Counted from the stretch's first letter, positions 35,239 to 49,243 are shown. The stretch is 64,000 nt of DNA from Moniliella sp. 'wahieum' (GCA_003971905.1 RSEE01000018.1:62001-126000), one strand, 5' to 3'. Notes: generated from the letters alone by a model not told the origin. Numbers and translations are program-made.

Positions 35239-36545
35239 TTAAGCCGCTAGCGCACCACGACGACGGAGGGAGCGGGCGTGGCGCCGGATCCCCTTGACGG
35301 CCCGAATCATGCTGCGCTTGGAGGCAGAGTACTTGGAAATGACCGACAAGTACCCACTGCCGGTCGGGGTCAGCGACGCCACACGTGCGCCCGTGTAAGC
35401 CGTAGTAAGGTAGGAGTTGGGCCGTTGTAGGCATCCGACAATGCGTACCCAATCACACGGTCATCTGACTCGAAGATCTGGGCGGCCTGCTGGATGAAGG
35501 AACTGGTACGACCCTGGTCACAGTACCTGACGGTGGGGACCAAAAGAGGGGAAAGTAAGTCAAACGCAAGGGGGGGGGGGGGGGTTGGCGGAAGGTAGGG
35601 GGAGACGTACTTGGTTTGCGAGTCTTGGTAGTCAATGCAGGCAAACTCGGTGATCATCATGGGCTTGCCATACTGGGCAAAGTGGTTGAGGTCGTTGTTG
35701 ACGAGGTCGGTGTTGTTGGCAAAAACATGGACCGCGATGATGTCAGGCTGGGTCTGAACCGCAGCCAAAAACGGCTTCATCCACGTCTCATCTGCCTGCT
35801 TGGCGCAAGAGGGAGAGATGAGTTTGGCGCCGGCGTGACCGTGCGGAGCAATGTACGTGTCCCAGGCAGCAGCGGCCGCTTTGGGGTCAATAAATCCGCT
35901 TGAACCAGAGCCGGAAAAGTCAGGTTCGTTGAAGCCAGCAACGTACTTGGCCGCGGCTTGGGAAGCTGCTTGAACTGCTCAAACCGCTGCTCGTCCTTGG
36001 GATCGCTCGTCTTGCCCAGCCCCCAGAGCATGGGGATGCGCTGCAAATTGGCGGCGGGTGTTGTTGGGCGTGGGCGACCAGTCGTAGTACCAGCCCAGAT
36101 GAGACGCGAGCCAGGGCAGCGCATCCCCGCCGGCAATACCGGCTTTGACGCCATTGGGGATCAGGCCGTGGACGAGGATCCCGATGAACCAGACGAAGAT
36201 GCGGGCGATGAGGAAGCGGGAGCTGAAGAGGAAGAGGCCGGAGCCGATGAGTGGGCAATGAAGGACTTGTGTGTCGGGGCTGCCGACGGCGCAGACGACT
36301 GGGATGAGGAGGATGAAGAGGAAGGGGTCGAGGAGGACGCGTGGTGAGGATGGTGGGGGCGCGGGGCAGCGACGGAGCTAGACGTGGGACTGGACCAGGC
36401 AGACGACGAGCCAGGGGGCAGACGCAAGGGAGGACGTGGGGCGCTTGCACTGTCCGTTCCTCTTCTTGCGCGCGTCCACGTCGGCGGTGAGGACGAGGAC
36501 GAGGAGGAGAAGGGTGAGGAGGGGAAGCTTGGCGAGGGGGTTCAT
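35239..36545 (-). CDS. Secreted GH128 (Asl1-like) beta-1,3-glucanase with Ser-rich linker
   Basis: Signal peptide MNPLAKLPLLTLLLLVLVLTADVDA, then RKKR and a Ser-rich linker; KAGIAGGD, WYYDWS, IPMLWG, GFNEPD (acid/base Glu), IIAVHVF, KPMMITEFAC (nucleophile Glu), RVIGYA, LTPTG..Y. One intron ~35528-35610; frameshifts. Confidence 0.9.
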
Positions 36546-39195
36546 TGTGACAGCGAGAGGCAAGGCGGGTGGCGGGCGGTGGGGGAAAAGGAGGTGGAGG
36601 AGGGGGAAGGAACGCGAGGTAAAGACGGTCGGGGGAGAAAGAGCGGGAAGACCAGCTTCAGGCCTGAAAAGAGGGAGGGGGAGAGCAGCAAGGGAAAGGA
36701 GCAAGGGAAAGGGGTGGTGGTGGGGCGCAGCGCCAACGCCAACGAGCTCCGTATTAAAAGGACGCAGGCGTGCCTGGCTCCTCGCTTCCTCCTCGCTGCA
36801 CTGCTCCACCAAAAGGCAGGCAATCAGGCACTGGCACGCAGGCCCAGCAGCCGATGAGTGACAATGATGCGTGAGGCATGCTTGGCTCTGCGTGCGAGGA
36901 TGCGCGGGATCGGCACCGCGGGGGGTGGGCGTGGCGGCAGTGTCGCGGGAGCAGACCCTGCGCTCCATCGTGTTCTGGTGGTGCAGGGGCGGATGGGGCG
37001 CAGGGCCAGTGTGCGGGTACACGGTGTGCCAGGGGTGGCCAAGTGCTGGGGAGCTGCGAGCGCCGGGCTGCTCGGAGGCTGTGTGCAGGCGGAGCGGTTG
37101 CCTCGCCTCCTGCCCCAGACACGTCCTGCCAAGCACACACTCCCCCACGCCAGGGCGGGCGATACACGCTATAATTACACGCGATGATCGAGTCGATCTT
37201 AGCTTGGCCTATACAACTTGGCTAACAATCTGAACGCGGCGCCCAGCCTTCCGCGAGCATGCTGCACACGTCCGTCGGACGAAACACCCCACACGGTCGA
37301 AGGATACCCACCCCGTTGGCAAGTCCCACAGAGAGACGCGAGCCAGTCGAGATCGATATTTAATGTCCCATCAACCCGTCTCCGTGCCGACAGCGCCATG
37401 GCATGCACCCTCTATATCACCCATCTGTCCTCCCATTCCTACCCCCCGCCCCCCGCCTACATCCCTCCCCCCGGGGGGCCACGGTGACACAAGCAGTGCA
37501 CAGCGCGGCACATACCGTGTGGGATCTATGTTATGTATTTTTTAGCTTTTGTGCGAGCACCATATATGCCGATCATCGAGCCGAGCTTAACGTTGAAGTT
37601 CAACGTTCAGTTGAACTCACAGCTCCGCGCGCATGCTCAGCGCTCAGCTTGAGCGCTCACACAAGTCCCTCGCCACGTCTCTGCGGTACACCAGCAGAAC
37701 ACTACAACCTCTCCTTCTGCAGCTTTGAAAAAACACCAAGCGCCGCAGCCCTGGTACGCGTAATGGCAAGCGGCAAAAACCCACAATGCTCCTGAAGCTT
37801 CAGCTGTGAAGACTCGGACTGAGTGCTGAGTCTGAGTTCAGCCCGCGCCGGAATTGAGATTTGTTTAGCTCTGCTGACTCTGCAAAAGGACCCAAAAGCA
37901 AGGGAACTTCTTTCTGACCATGTAGTCTCATCTCGATCCCATCCTTCTGGTCTCCTCTTTTTTGACCCATTTTCTGTCACGCCCTTCTCACACAAACGTC
38001 TCTTACGTGCCGATCGTGTCCACCATCCTGCACCAGGGGCTATATAGAAAGAACACACGCGGATCACGCTCTCGAACGTCAAAAGCAGTATTTCTTCATC
38101 GACACTGGGGGCTCTGAACTCTAAACACTCACCCGTGGCCAAAAAGTCCGACAACAGGGAAAGAGTTGAGCGTTGAGCGGTAAGCTTTGCGAGGAGAGAG
38201 AGTGTATGAGAGGTCGCAGTTCAACAAGGAGCGCAATCGCTCGTCACTCACTACAGTGGGTGTGCACGGACGTGTTCGACACAAGGAAAGGCCGACGATC
38301 TCGGTCTATGGGTTATCAGGGACACAGAGACTACCCAGGGGTTACCGGTTATTACCGTGGATGGATAAGAGGTTTGGTAACCAACGTAGGTAGATGATCG
38401 ACGAGACCGCCCGAGGCGATCGCCTTCTCGAGCCAAGCGTTGGGCACTGCTCAGTCCCTGGTTTCTTGACCTGCCCCCGTCCTCCGTCGTGCCACACCCC
38501 GGCAACGCAGCTGACGGGGCGGTCAGGGGCGGACTTTGATTGCTATACTACCAGGGTGACTCGGGAGATAAAAACACGACGTGGGAACTAGCTGCAGTTT
38601 CCTTTTCGTCCTCCCCCGCTCTACCCTCTGCCGTCTACGGCTGTGCAAAACCAAGCGATGGTGCCCCGTCTTGGCGCCGAACCGACCCCAGCTCGGTTCC
38701 AGGCGCCTGTCCTGCCTGTGGTACTAAGCTGATTTTGATTTCATGAAAAAAACATGCATTGTCAGCCGAGGAGCGCTGGGGCGAGAAGGCCCGCGAAGGC
38801 GGCGAGGGGGGACGGTTCCCTGCGCCTCTGCGCAGGACTCAGGTGCACAGCGCAAGCCAACCAACCAACGATGAGAGAAGGCGGTGTATGTCAGAAGGGC
38901 AGAGGAGATATGGGCCGGAACAGCGAGGCCCGAGCGAAGGAGAGAGGTATATGAACGGAGAGGGTATATAATGTAAACCACGGGGAAACAACGAAGGAGG
39001 CATTTTGTCAAGTTGAGAAAAGCAGTGGCGGAGAAATGAGACGAGTAAGTGGCAAAAGGATGGGCAGAGGAGGTATAAACAAAATGCTCCCAACTCGACA
39101 CGATATGCAGGGGCAAGAGAGGGCAACCAAAGTCACCGCACCGTCGGGCTCTTACGCTCGAACTGCGTCAGTGGCGGGAGTAAGCGAAGCCGAGA

Positions 39196-42100
39196 TCAAA
39201 CACGTTGCACAGCGCAGCGTGTCGACCCTGATGTGGAGGCTCGTGGGCCAGTAGTGCCAGGAAAAGCAGTTTGACGTTGGCTTGACAACCAAGAGGATGC
39301 GGGGCCGAAATCAAGAGGAGTCCGGCCAGAGACGGCAGCTTGAGATAGTGCTCGGCAAGAGCTGACTTGCAGAGGTGGCCGCATGATCCATACGCTTGAT
39401 GTGGGACTTGAGCCGGGCCAGCTCGGAAGGGTCGCAGCGGCCTTGGTGGTGGTGGCACGGAGGTCTTTGATGAGTGTCTGATTGCGAATAAATGCTCGCG
39501 CCTTGTCCCGATTTTCCTGCCACTTTAAGTTGCTGCTCAATGCATCTCCGTGGATCGTCGCTAGCGTTCAGTCGCATCCGGTGGCCACCCTTTCGCTGCA
39601 AGGGTCCGCTTCATTTCCCCGAACTCCTTCATTGTTCAGCTGTGCCGTCCGCTCGTCCAGCGACATCTCTTGCAGATCCACCTTGTCCATAAGGAGCTGG
39701 TTGACTCGCTCCATGAGCATGGCCCCGCGCTTTTCACTCTCCAGCAGGTCGGCTTTAACCTTCGCTGCCTCGGCCACCAAGACCTCTTTTTCGCTCTCCA
39801 CCGATGCACGGAGCTTGTGAAGGATGTCGAGCTGGTCTTGGTGCACGAGGGAGACTTTATATGGGGAATGATACAAAAACAACGCGCCAAACCAGTCAGC
39901 TCCAAGGTGTCCTTTTCATGTGGGCAAAGAGAAAAAGCACACAACGTACGATCGCTTTTAGCCACAATCAGTTGCTTGGATTGGGCATCAAATTCCACCT
40001 GCAGATCCACCAGTGTTTTCTTGGTCCCGTCCAATTCTTCTACCACCTGGTTCAATCTCGTGCGCAAGGCCAAGTTTGCCTCTGCGGAATCCCCTCGGGA
40101 TGCGCCTGAAGCAATATCCTCCAGCTGCCGCTGAAGTAGCAGGCGCTCCTGATGCTCTGCCAAATAGTCCTTCTCGTACCGATCCTTCAACCCACTCACA
40201 TCCTCCAGCATGTTTTCCAATACTAGGATCCGCGACGCATCCGCCTTGTTAGCCATCGCCGCATCTCGTTCGCGCGTCAAGCGGCGCACTTCCAGCCGAA
40301 GTTCGGTGCGGGACTTGGGCGCCAGTGCATCTTCCAACTCCTCTCCTAGGCCACCATTCTGCCCTGTGACGCGCCCGGCCCTGTTATCTCGCCTTCGCTC
40401 CCCATCAGGGCAGACGCACGGCGTACGTGGGCACGACCACCAGCACCCACTTCTAATTCCCGTACCCGGGTTTGGTACAGCTCCAGCTCTTCCTGATCTG
40501 CCTTGGTCCGTTCCGTTGCGGTAGCCAGACTGGCCTGGGCTGCCTCATGCTGGCCCTGCAAGTCATGGAGGCGGGAAGTGGTGTGGGTCAGCTCGACTTG
40601 AAGCTGTTTGAGCTGGGCCTTGTACTTGTCCACCAACCCCCGGACCGGGCCTGCCCGCTCCGCTTCCTCGGCCATTGCCGCATTGCGCTGAATCAACTCG
40701 GTGTTCTCTGTCTCCAACGACCGAAGTTGTCGCTTGGTATCCTGCAGCTCGACGAGCCTGCGTTGGTACTTTTCCAACTGCGCTTGGGCTCGTGCTAGGT
40801 CATCCGACGTGTGACGCGCCTCATCCAATTGGTCCACCAGCATCGCCATTTGCGCTTCCTTCTCTGCTAACTGCGCTGGCAGCTCTTCTCCCATCTTGGC
40901 CAGGGGTCGCATCCGGTCCAGTGCGGTTTCGGCAGAAGCCAGCGCATCCTCCGTTCGTCGCAGCTCGTCCGTCAACCGATCCACGTCTTGCCGCAGAGCA
41001 TGAATCAGGTCAAGATCAGAGAGATGGGTTCCTACGCTGGTTCGCAGTGCGGTTAGTTCCACCTCTTGTACTTCCACGCGTTCCTGTAGTGCCGGTAGCG
41101 ATGCCTCCAGCGATTCGGTATGTGCCGCTTGGGTCTCGTACTGCGAGCGCAACCGGGCAAAGGCTTTGGCCAGGGCTCCAGGGCCGCCCTTGCGGAGCAA
41201 GCGCTCGGCCACCGCGACCCCGCGTGCCTCTGGCATCTCCGACCCGGCTCCAAACAATCCAAACCCGACCGATGTCGAATCCAGATCGTCCGACCCAAGT
41301 TCAGCATCCAGGTCGGATCCGACCACCGTAGCTGGGGCCGTGATAGACGCCGGCGACGTAATGCCAGGTCGAAGCGGACTAAGCCCCCACTTCCCATGGT
41401 AATCGATCCCATGACAGTTCCGTTCTCATCGTCCGAGCGAGGGTAATGTAGTTCAGCCGCCATGCGCGTGAGAGGAGAGCGGAGCATCCGCATTGGCGTT
41501 TTAAATCCCGGTCCGGGCGATCGCATCCCGTTTTCCCCCCAGACGGGGAGGTGGGACCCACTGCTGCTGGGGACCAAGGTGTCGTGGTGGCTCGAGGCAC
41601 TGGCCATGTCGCTGGCAAAACCTCTTCCTCCGGAGCATGAACCAGGGCCTCCTCTATCTCTTCCTCCTCCTCAGCGTCGGTTGTGGTTGCCTCGGTACCA
41701 GTTTCGGTTTCAGTTTCAGGCTCAGTTTCGGGCTCGGTTTCCGCCTCGGTTTCAGCCTCGGTATCGGGCTCTTGATCGGTAGCGGTGGTAGGGTGCGGCG
41801 GGTGGAAATGGGACTGGACAGCACTGATGGCGTGCATCAACCCCTGCTGATCGGCCGGGTCGAGGCGGGATTGGATGGCAGAGATAAACATGGCTTTATG
41901 GGGAGAGTGAACGGCGACCAAGAGTACAAGTCGGGCCAGTTTGAGGAGTTCCGAGCCAAACGCGGCAGCAGTCCAAGGAGAGGAGGTGCCATGCACGATG
42001 AGATCAACATCGAGAGTGAGCGCTTTGGGCAGCTGGCCCTCTTCGAGGGTGGGAAGGAGGTGTTGTTCGGTGGCGAGATAGGCGAGGAGCTGTTTGTGGA

Positions 42101-42781
42101 TACGCTTCAGACTGGCCTGTCGCAATAGACTTTCCTCCATCGACTGGTCCCCTTCGGGGCCGCGGACTGGGCTGGGAGGGTTGGGGTGGGCCGAGGCAAA
42201 GTACTCGCGGTCAATAAACAAGAGGAGGGAGGTGAAGACGGACCCGTCCACGAGGTCCGTGAGGGAGGAAAGAGAGGTGCAAGCGGCGAGGTGGGCCGGG
42301 TCGGGGGAAGGGGATGCAGAGATGGCACGGGCCGCCTCGGGCGGAAGGGCCTGGAGCCAATGGACAAAGGCGGCAGCCTCGGTAGACGGGTCGGAGGTGC
42401 TCGGGGCACGCTTGCGGCGGGCTGCCCCATTCGGAGGGGCAGCGGCGGGCGGGAGGAGGGAAAGAGGGGGTATGTGGGTTGGGGTATCTGCCAGGAGTGA
42501 TTGTGCTGTCTGCGGAGCGGGAGGGGGCGTGGATGTGAGGGGAGAGGCGGGCCATCCTGGTGCGGAGGGAGGCGGAGAGGGGCGGGGACGAGGGGTGGCA
42601 ACAAGGGCGGGAGGCGTGGCAGCGTTCGTGCGTGTCGTCGAGGCGGAAAGGAGGGGCGGCGGGGGAGGAGGGAGGGCAGAAGACGGTGGTTGTGGTGGTG
42701 GGGGGGTGTTCCCCCTGCTGCTGCTGCTGCTGGTGGTGCCTCTGGGCGGTCAGCAGGTGCCGCGGGCGGCGAGGGCGGCAT
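39196..42781 (-). CDS. Hook-family dynein/kinesin cargo adaptor (Hok1-like)
   Basis: N-terminal HOOK domain AFVHWLQAL..SLTDLVDGSVFTSLLLFIDREYF..LLKLARLVLLVAVHS..FISAIQSRLDPADQQGLMHAI; long coiled coils incl. LENMLEDVSGLKDRYEKDYL, LIVAKSD; C-terminal PASSWLSSQR. Ends approximate. Confidence 0.85.
41690..41771 (-). repeat. 6/12-bp coding microsatellite encoding (E-P/A/T-E-T)n within Hook
   Basis: Translates EPDTEAETEAETEPETEPETETETGTE. Confidence 0.8.
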
Positions 42782-44100
42782 GGGCGGATGGAGAGGCGCG
42801 GCGAGGCCAGATGCCGCTGGGGCGGCTTGCCTGCTGGGGGGCATGCGGGGCGGATGGGGGGACATGGGGCGGAGCCGCACCGCACAGCGCACAGCCGAGG
42901 CACCCACGCCCGAGGGCCGCCGCAGCAGCCGTCGCACGCTCGCTATTAGTGCACGCCCCGTTAAACGAGATGTGGCGCTGCGAGTCTGCTCCTGAATACT
43001 GCAACCCTAGCGCCTGCGCTGCGCCTCGCCCATCATGCATCGCGCATCACCCATTCGCCACACTTCCCGCCCCTCTCCGATCTCCCCCCGCTTCCATCCG
43101 GACCGCACCCATCTACCCTCCGATCCAGAGATAGCCCCGGCAGGCTGTTGACTTCAACACATACCCCACCAACACCAGTGCCTGCGTACCATCCCCCACC
43201 GATCTGCGATCCCCACGGCCCATTTGGCCTGACACCCAGCACAACATGGGCGCGCATGAGCCCCAGGCACGGCGCCTGTGAGCACGGACCCCATGACGCA
43301 CCTGGCACATTCTGCATCGGTTTAAATTGCATTCCTCCGTTCTTCTTCCCTCCGTACCCGTCCGCTCTTTGGGACAGGCGGTTCGCCATGCCATTCCTTG
43401 CTCATCCTGGCCATTCCTGGCCATGACGCAGGAGCCACCATCTGGCCTCAGGCCACAGGCCGTTCAGGCTGGATGAGCGCTGATCGACTGCCCGAAGATG
43501 CGCTGATGATCGATGACGATGACGGCACATACTTTTAGGATGCGATGGCGATGACGATGGCGATGACGACGGTGGAGGCGGACACTGCCACTATAGCATG
43601 CACCAGCCCACCATAACCACTACCCTCCAGTATTCACACTGCCTTTGCGCTTCTCGATATCTGTGGCTCCCCACGGTTATTGGTTCATAGCCGCCGCTTC
43701 TAAGTCTTTCTTCTTCGAGTATAATCTGTCGGGGTGTGTGATCGTCGTTCGCCCCACTGCGCGCTGTACTCACCCCAACAGCCCCCATAGCGTCCTACCT
43801 TCCGACTGCCATTGCGATGCACATATCGTGCAACGGACCGATGCCCAGTCCTGGGCTGTGCAACCAGTGGGAGCGTTGGGGTGACGTATATTCGCCTCAC
43901 CCATCCCTGAGACCCTCTTACTTGGTGTGCCTGATGCAGAAGCGATCGTGGTGGCACAATTTCTAGTGGGGTGCCAGCTGCTGTGCTTCTGTTGGTATAT
44001 ATTCTGTTGCCACACAACTTTTTCGGTCCCTCCCCTCGCACCTTCCCCCCCACCCCTCCACCCCTCGATTCTCCACATATCTTCCAAAACACCTCTTACC

Positions 44101-47100
44101 ATGGCCACCTACCTCGGCACTTCGATTCCCTCTGGCATGGGCGACGGTCTCAGCGCCGACCTGGCCAAGCAGCTTCACCACATGGATGACTCCGGGGCTC
44201 TGTCCCGACCGATCCGTTCGTTGCGGCTGAGCGCGCGGCTCATACCGAGGCGCCTCATGCGCCTGATCTCACCCAAATCAAGCATCATCACCATGCTTCC
44301 ACGGGAAAGCAGATCCCCGGCGGCTACCAAGGCCTGGCCCAAGAGTACGGCTTGGCGCCCCCGTCGACAGCGTCCCTACCGCACAACGTTTCTAGTGTGC
44401 CGGCTCCGACCAGTAGCGTGCCCTCTAGCCACGCGGCCGGCGCTGCCCCTATTACATCGACCCAAGACCCGTACCTTGACTATGGCTCGGCCGTCAGCCT
44501 GCCAGCCTCCGCTTCGGCAGCCAAGTCTACCCAGGACCCGTACAGCCAGTATGGCTCGGCCATCCGCCAGCCCACCAGCACCACGACCCCGTCCGCCCAA
44601 GACGCGTACCTGAACTATGGCTCGGCCATCCCTGGTGCTCCGTCCTCGCGCCAAACGGAGCACAAGAGTCCAGTTCAATATGCCGGCGCTGGCACTTCCC
44701 CGGCCCACCACCCCTCCCACCTTTCTGATGCGGCTGGCGTAGCCACCAGTTCCGTCCCTGCCACTGCGGCGTCGACCGGATCGGCACAGGCGTACCGTAC
44801 CACTGACCCCATCTACGCCAGCAAGTTGTCTTCTTCCGTCGCAACACCTTCCGTCCCGTCTGCCACCCCCGCTTCTGTGGGGGAACACCAACGTTTGGCC
44901 GGTGGTGGTGCAACCACAGGGGCAGGCCTTGCGAAGGGCCCCGACACATCTTTTGCCTCCTACAACCCATCGGCTAGCGCAGAGGAAACAAGGTGGCGCC
45001 CAGCACAGCCTCTACGGCGAGCCCTTCGCTAGGCGAGTACGAGGGACTTGGAGTGGGCGCAGTGACTGGCGCCGGCCTCGGGAAGGGTACCGACATTTCG
45101 CTGGCCGGATCCAACCCGCCTGCCAGCGCGGGTACCAAGCCTGCACCTACCGCGGCGCGTGGAACAGCTTCTGAGGCACTCAAGAAGGACGAGCCGGCTG
45201 GACAAACCGTTCGCACTGCCCCGAGTTCTGCTCCGACACAAACGTCCACCCTGTCGGAGGACGCTCCGGGTGCCCACCCCCTCTCCAAGGAAGATGCCGA
45301 TCTCCAATCCCACTCGACCCCCGGCGCCATCCTAGCCTCCTTGGTGGCTGCTCCAGCGGGTGCGTTGGCGTCCGCGTACGAATGGTTCCACCCCGAGACT
45401 GGGGAGAAGATGGCTGGCTCTCAGCCGTCATCTTCCGCCGCCTCGGCTGTTCCAACTCCAACAGCGGCTCCCACCCCAGCAGCAGCGAAGAACGGACCGC
45501 GAGCAGCTATGCGCCTGCCACTGCCCCTGCCACTGCCCTGCCACTGCCCTGCCACTGCTTGCCACTGCTCCTGCCACTGCTGCCCCCACCAGTCATCAGC
45601 GTGCTGCTACCAACTACGCATCTGCCCCTACCCACACCAGCGAGCGGGCTGCTGGCGGTTCCGCCCCGGCCACCGTCACCGCTGCTGCCACCACCTCCAA
45701 CGAGCGTGCTCCCACCAGCGCCGCCGACTTCTCTTCGTCGGCAGCGACCAACACGACCACTGAGGGTTACCATCCTGGTCTTGGCGATGCGGCCATCAAG
45801 ATCATCTCGGCCCGTTGGAGACGCTTGCGCTGGCGGGAGGTGCGGCGGGCGTGGCGGGTTCGGCTGCGGTGGACAAGGCAGAGCAGGTGGCCCAAGAGAT
45901 GGCGGCGGAGACGGGGTCGTTGGCGCAAAAAGCATCCGATACTCTGTCGAGCACCTTTTCGGGTCCTGTCAACGCCCCGGCGAACCAGGGTACGCCGGCG
46001 TACGCCTCGGCCGTCGCTGCGCCGCTGGCTTCGGTTGCCTTGGCTGGTGAAGGTGCTCAGCATGCGTCCGACGCCACGGAGCAGAAGGCATCCCAAGCCA
46101 AGCCAACCGCTGTGGAAACCGTCTCGCTTCCCGCTCGCTCGATTGCTGCCCCTCTTGCTGCGACAGGTGCATTGGATGCCTCTGCCTCTGCCGGGCCCGG
46201 CGACCAGGCCACGTCGGCCCCCTCAACGCGCACGACGGGGGAGTTTGCCTCCCCCTCCCCTCGATGGGCACGGGTGCCATCAAGGTGTCCTCTTCCCCGT
46301 CGACGGGCACGAGCAAGGTGACTTCTGGCTCCCCCTCAATGACGAGGGTATGGGCACCACTGGCCTTCATCCTACCGGTTCGAACCCGGACGTGGACTCC
46401 ATCCCGACCTACACCCAAGTGAAACATCAAGTGGCTCAACAGCAGCCTCATGCCGGCCACTCCTTGCCTACCGTCGGTGCAGGTGTCGGGGCCGGGGCCG
46501 GGGCCCGGGCGGACCTTGGGGCTCAGTCTCTCGACCCGTACTCGCGTAAGGCCGAATCCACGCCTTCGTACCCCAGTGGCGTGCAGCACCCAAGGGCACA
46601 CAGGCTACTGGCTCGACCGGCCCGTATTCCTCGTTCGCGTACCCCGAGGCTGGGTCTGTCCCGTTGGCTGGGGCGGCGCCTTCTGTTGCACCCAAGGGTG
46701 GGGTCCAGGGTGAGACGGCGGCCTCTGGCCCATCGACGTACCCCGCCGTCGGCACGCGCTCGGTTGGCCAAACCCCCGGAACGGCCACTACGGCGAGCAC
46801 GCTGAACCCCACGGGTCCCCACGCTCATCCGAACGGCTCGATCCCTTCTTACCCTACTGCGGCTGACAAGTCGGTCGGTCCCAGCGGCAGCCTTGGCTCC
46901 GGCTCCCACTCTGCCTCTGCGATGACGGGCGCGATGGGCGTGCCGGCTGTGGCGGCCATGTCGGCGCCGGTGGGGGGCAAGTTTCGATCCGAGCAAAACG
47001 GAAGAGCTGTCGTCGGCTTCGTTGGCCGGTGAGAGTACGCGGGGGGCTACGCAGGTGCTTTCCCATGGCCAATCTTCCCCTGCCCATGACAACTCCCACG

Positions 47101-47704
47101 TGGCCACCTCGGACAGTGCCAGTGGCATCAGCAACGGCGTGCCGTCCGTGGCGGCACTGTCGGTACCTGTGCATGGCAAGTTTGTCGACTCGGAGAAGAT
47201 GGACGAGCTCATGTCGGAATCGTTGGAGGGTGGCAGTTTGATGGGAAGCAGCCTGGGTTTTCCCAAGGGTCAGCCCAACCCATCCAACAACGAGGGAAGC
47301 AGCCTGTATGGATCGAACAATGGCTCGGGTGGCAGTCTTTCTGGCGCACAGCAGTCCCGCTCGACCAATGCCACCTCGACGACCGGGGCAGGCTATGACA
47401 AGGGTCTTGGCGCCGGTGCTGGATATGGCGCATCCTCCACCTCGGGACAGTCCGACCCGGCTAGTGCCAGTGGCGTGCGGGGAGCCTCCTACGACGGTAC
47501 GTCTAACAGTGGTTCGCTTTCTGGACCTGATGGCAAGTCGGTGCCAGACCACAAGCAGGCTTCAGGTGCAACCTCGACCAAGGGAATGGTATCGCATGCC
47601 AAGGAGGCTGTCACCTCGCATGCACCGACGGATCCCAACCAGCCCAATCATCTTTCCGTATGGGCGAGTTGGACGACATCATCAAGAATGCGCCCAAGAA
47701 CTAA
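44101..47704 (+). CDS. Large (~1200 aa) Ala/Ser/Thr/Gly-rich low-complexity protein with internal repeats
   Basis: Chain of same-strand ORFs with consistent composition (44352, 44993, 45360, 45815, 46664, 47022) from ATG 44101 (MATYLGTSIPSG) to ..MGELDDIIKNAPKN* at 47704. No recognised domain. Confidence 0.7.
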
Positions 47705-48318
47705 TAACTGCGAATGTATTTTTCTTCTCTCTCGACTTGTTTTTTGAGTAATCTTATTGTCTCCTCTTCTTCGCATATATATCCAGCCAGAAGTAACGTG
47801 AAAGCATTCTACCTTAGAAAGACTTTTCCACCTTGGTCCCCTGTCATGACCGCCATATCGGCTCCACTGTTCACTCTGCTATTGCAAGCGGGAAAGCTGA
47901 CTCTGAATCGAATAAGCTCCTCACGGTGCGAGCCCCAGCACGGTCGTTACCTCCAATGACTGGCATCTCAACGTCCTCACGCTCTTCGTAGTCGTATCTC
48001 AACAATAAGGTCAAAGCCGATGGACCACAGCCAGGGACAACAAAAGGGTGCCACTGACGAGCGTGGCCAACGCGGTCATCTCTGTAGCAAAGCTAGCTAT
48101 CCCACTCTATGCGTGCGCTCCATGTCGCTGGTAGGAATGCTTGGCCTTCAGTTGCCTATGTGTCAAGCGAAAGGGGGGCGAGATGGCAAAATGGAATGAA
48201 GATGTGTGGCCTAACAACCCTAACAAGTTAGAATGCGCGTCTACGTAGTTGGAGTAGGACCTGTGCAGGGCACAACGGTAGAAAAAAAGGGGGCAGGGTC
48301 TTGGGCTCGCCCTTGGCG

Positions 48319-49243
48319 TTAGGCAGCCGCAGCAGGAGCGGCGTGCGACGCGGCGGCCGACGCCTTTTTCTCCTGCGCAATCGCCGCTGCCTGTGCCGCA
48401 CGTCCTGGATCGAGCGAGAGGAGGTGGTGTAAAACGACTGGATTTTCGGGTGGTTCGCGGCCGAGTTGTAGAAACCGCCAAGCTTGGACCAGGCGTAGCC
48501 CACCTGGGACCGTGCCACACCGTATTCGCGCGCGACAAGAGCGATTGGGGTCCTGCAGCTGCTGCTGTACCGAAGCCTGCACGTTGGCCACAAACGACGG
48601 GTCTGTCGTAGTACCCGCAGAACCCTCTGTCGCCTCGCGCTTGCCCTCCCCACCCTCAGCACCCGCCACCGCAGCAGCTTGGGTAGACGTCGCTCCCGGA
48701 GCAGGGTACTTGGCACCCAAACTACGGTCCAGATCGGACAAGAAGGAAGAGAATTTGCCACTGTAGCCGTGTTGCTTGTCGAAGTCGAGTGCACGCTTGG
48801 TCACCTCGTCAGAGAGCAGGTAGCCATGCGCCAACAGCTCGCTCACGATGGCCGTCTTTGGCTTGTCTTCCTGTTTTACCTCATGGACATGGGGAGGCGC
48901 GTCGGGGGCGGCAACCGGAAAGGGGTCTCAGTGGGGGAGGGGCAGGTTGGGTGGCGGAGGTGACGGTGATGGTGGCTCCCTCGAGCTGCCCGCCGCTCAA
49001 ACTGGTGTGAAAAGGGCCAGAGAAAGTCAGTACGCGGGCGCGGCCATCTGTTGGCAAACGGACGGTAGCACAAAAAACACTTACAGAACCGCATTGCCGG
49101 CACCAGTAGGGGCAGCGAACGTAACCGTGGCCTGCTGGTTCGCCAATTCGATCTTGTCGATGGCGCCACAGAAGGACAAAAAACGCCTCAATGGACTGGC
49201 TGGTAGTGGTCGGAGCAAGGCCAGAAATGACAACAGCGGACAT
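48319..49243 (-). CDS. Vip1-like RRM-domain protein
   Basis: MSAVVISGLAPTTTSQSIEAFF.FCG.IDKIEL..ATVTF and KPKTAIVSELLAHGYLLSDEVTKRALDFDKQHGYSGKFSSFL..IQSFYTTSSRSIQDV match the fungal Vip1 family. One intron ~49020-49085. Confidence 0.85.

Noticed and set aside
38092..38102. TCGATGAAGAA on the minus strand, resembling 5.8S rRNA or a C box
   Set aside because: Only 11 nt match; flanks do not fit 5.8S and no convincing C/D pair.
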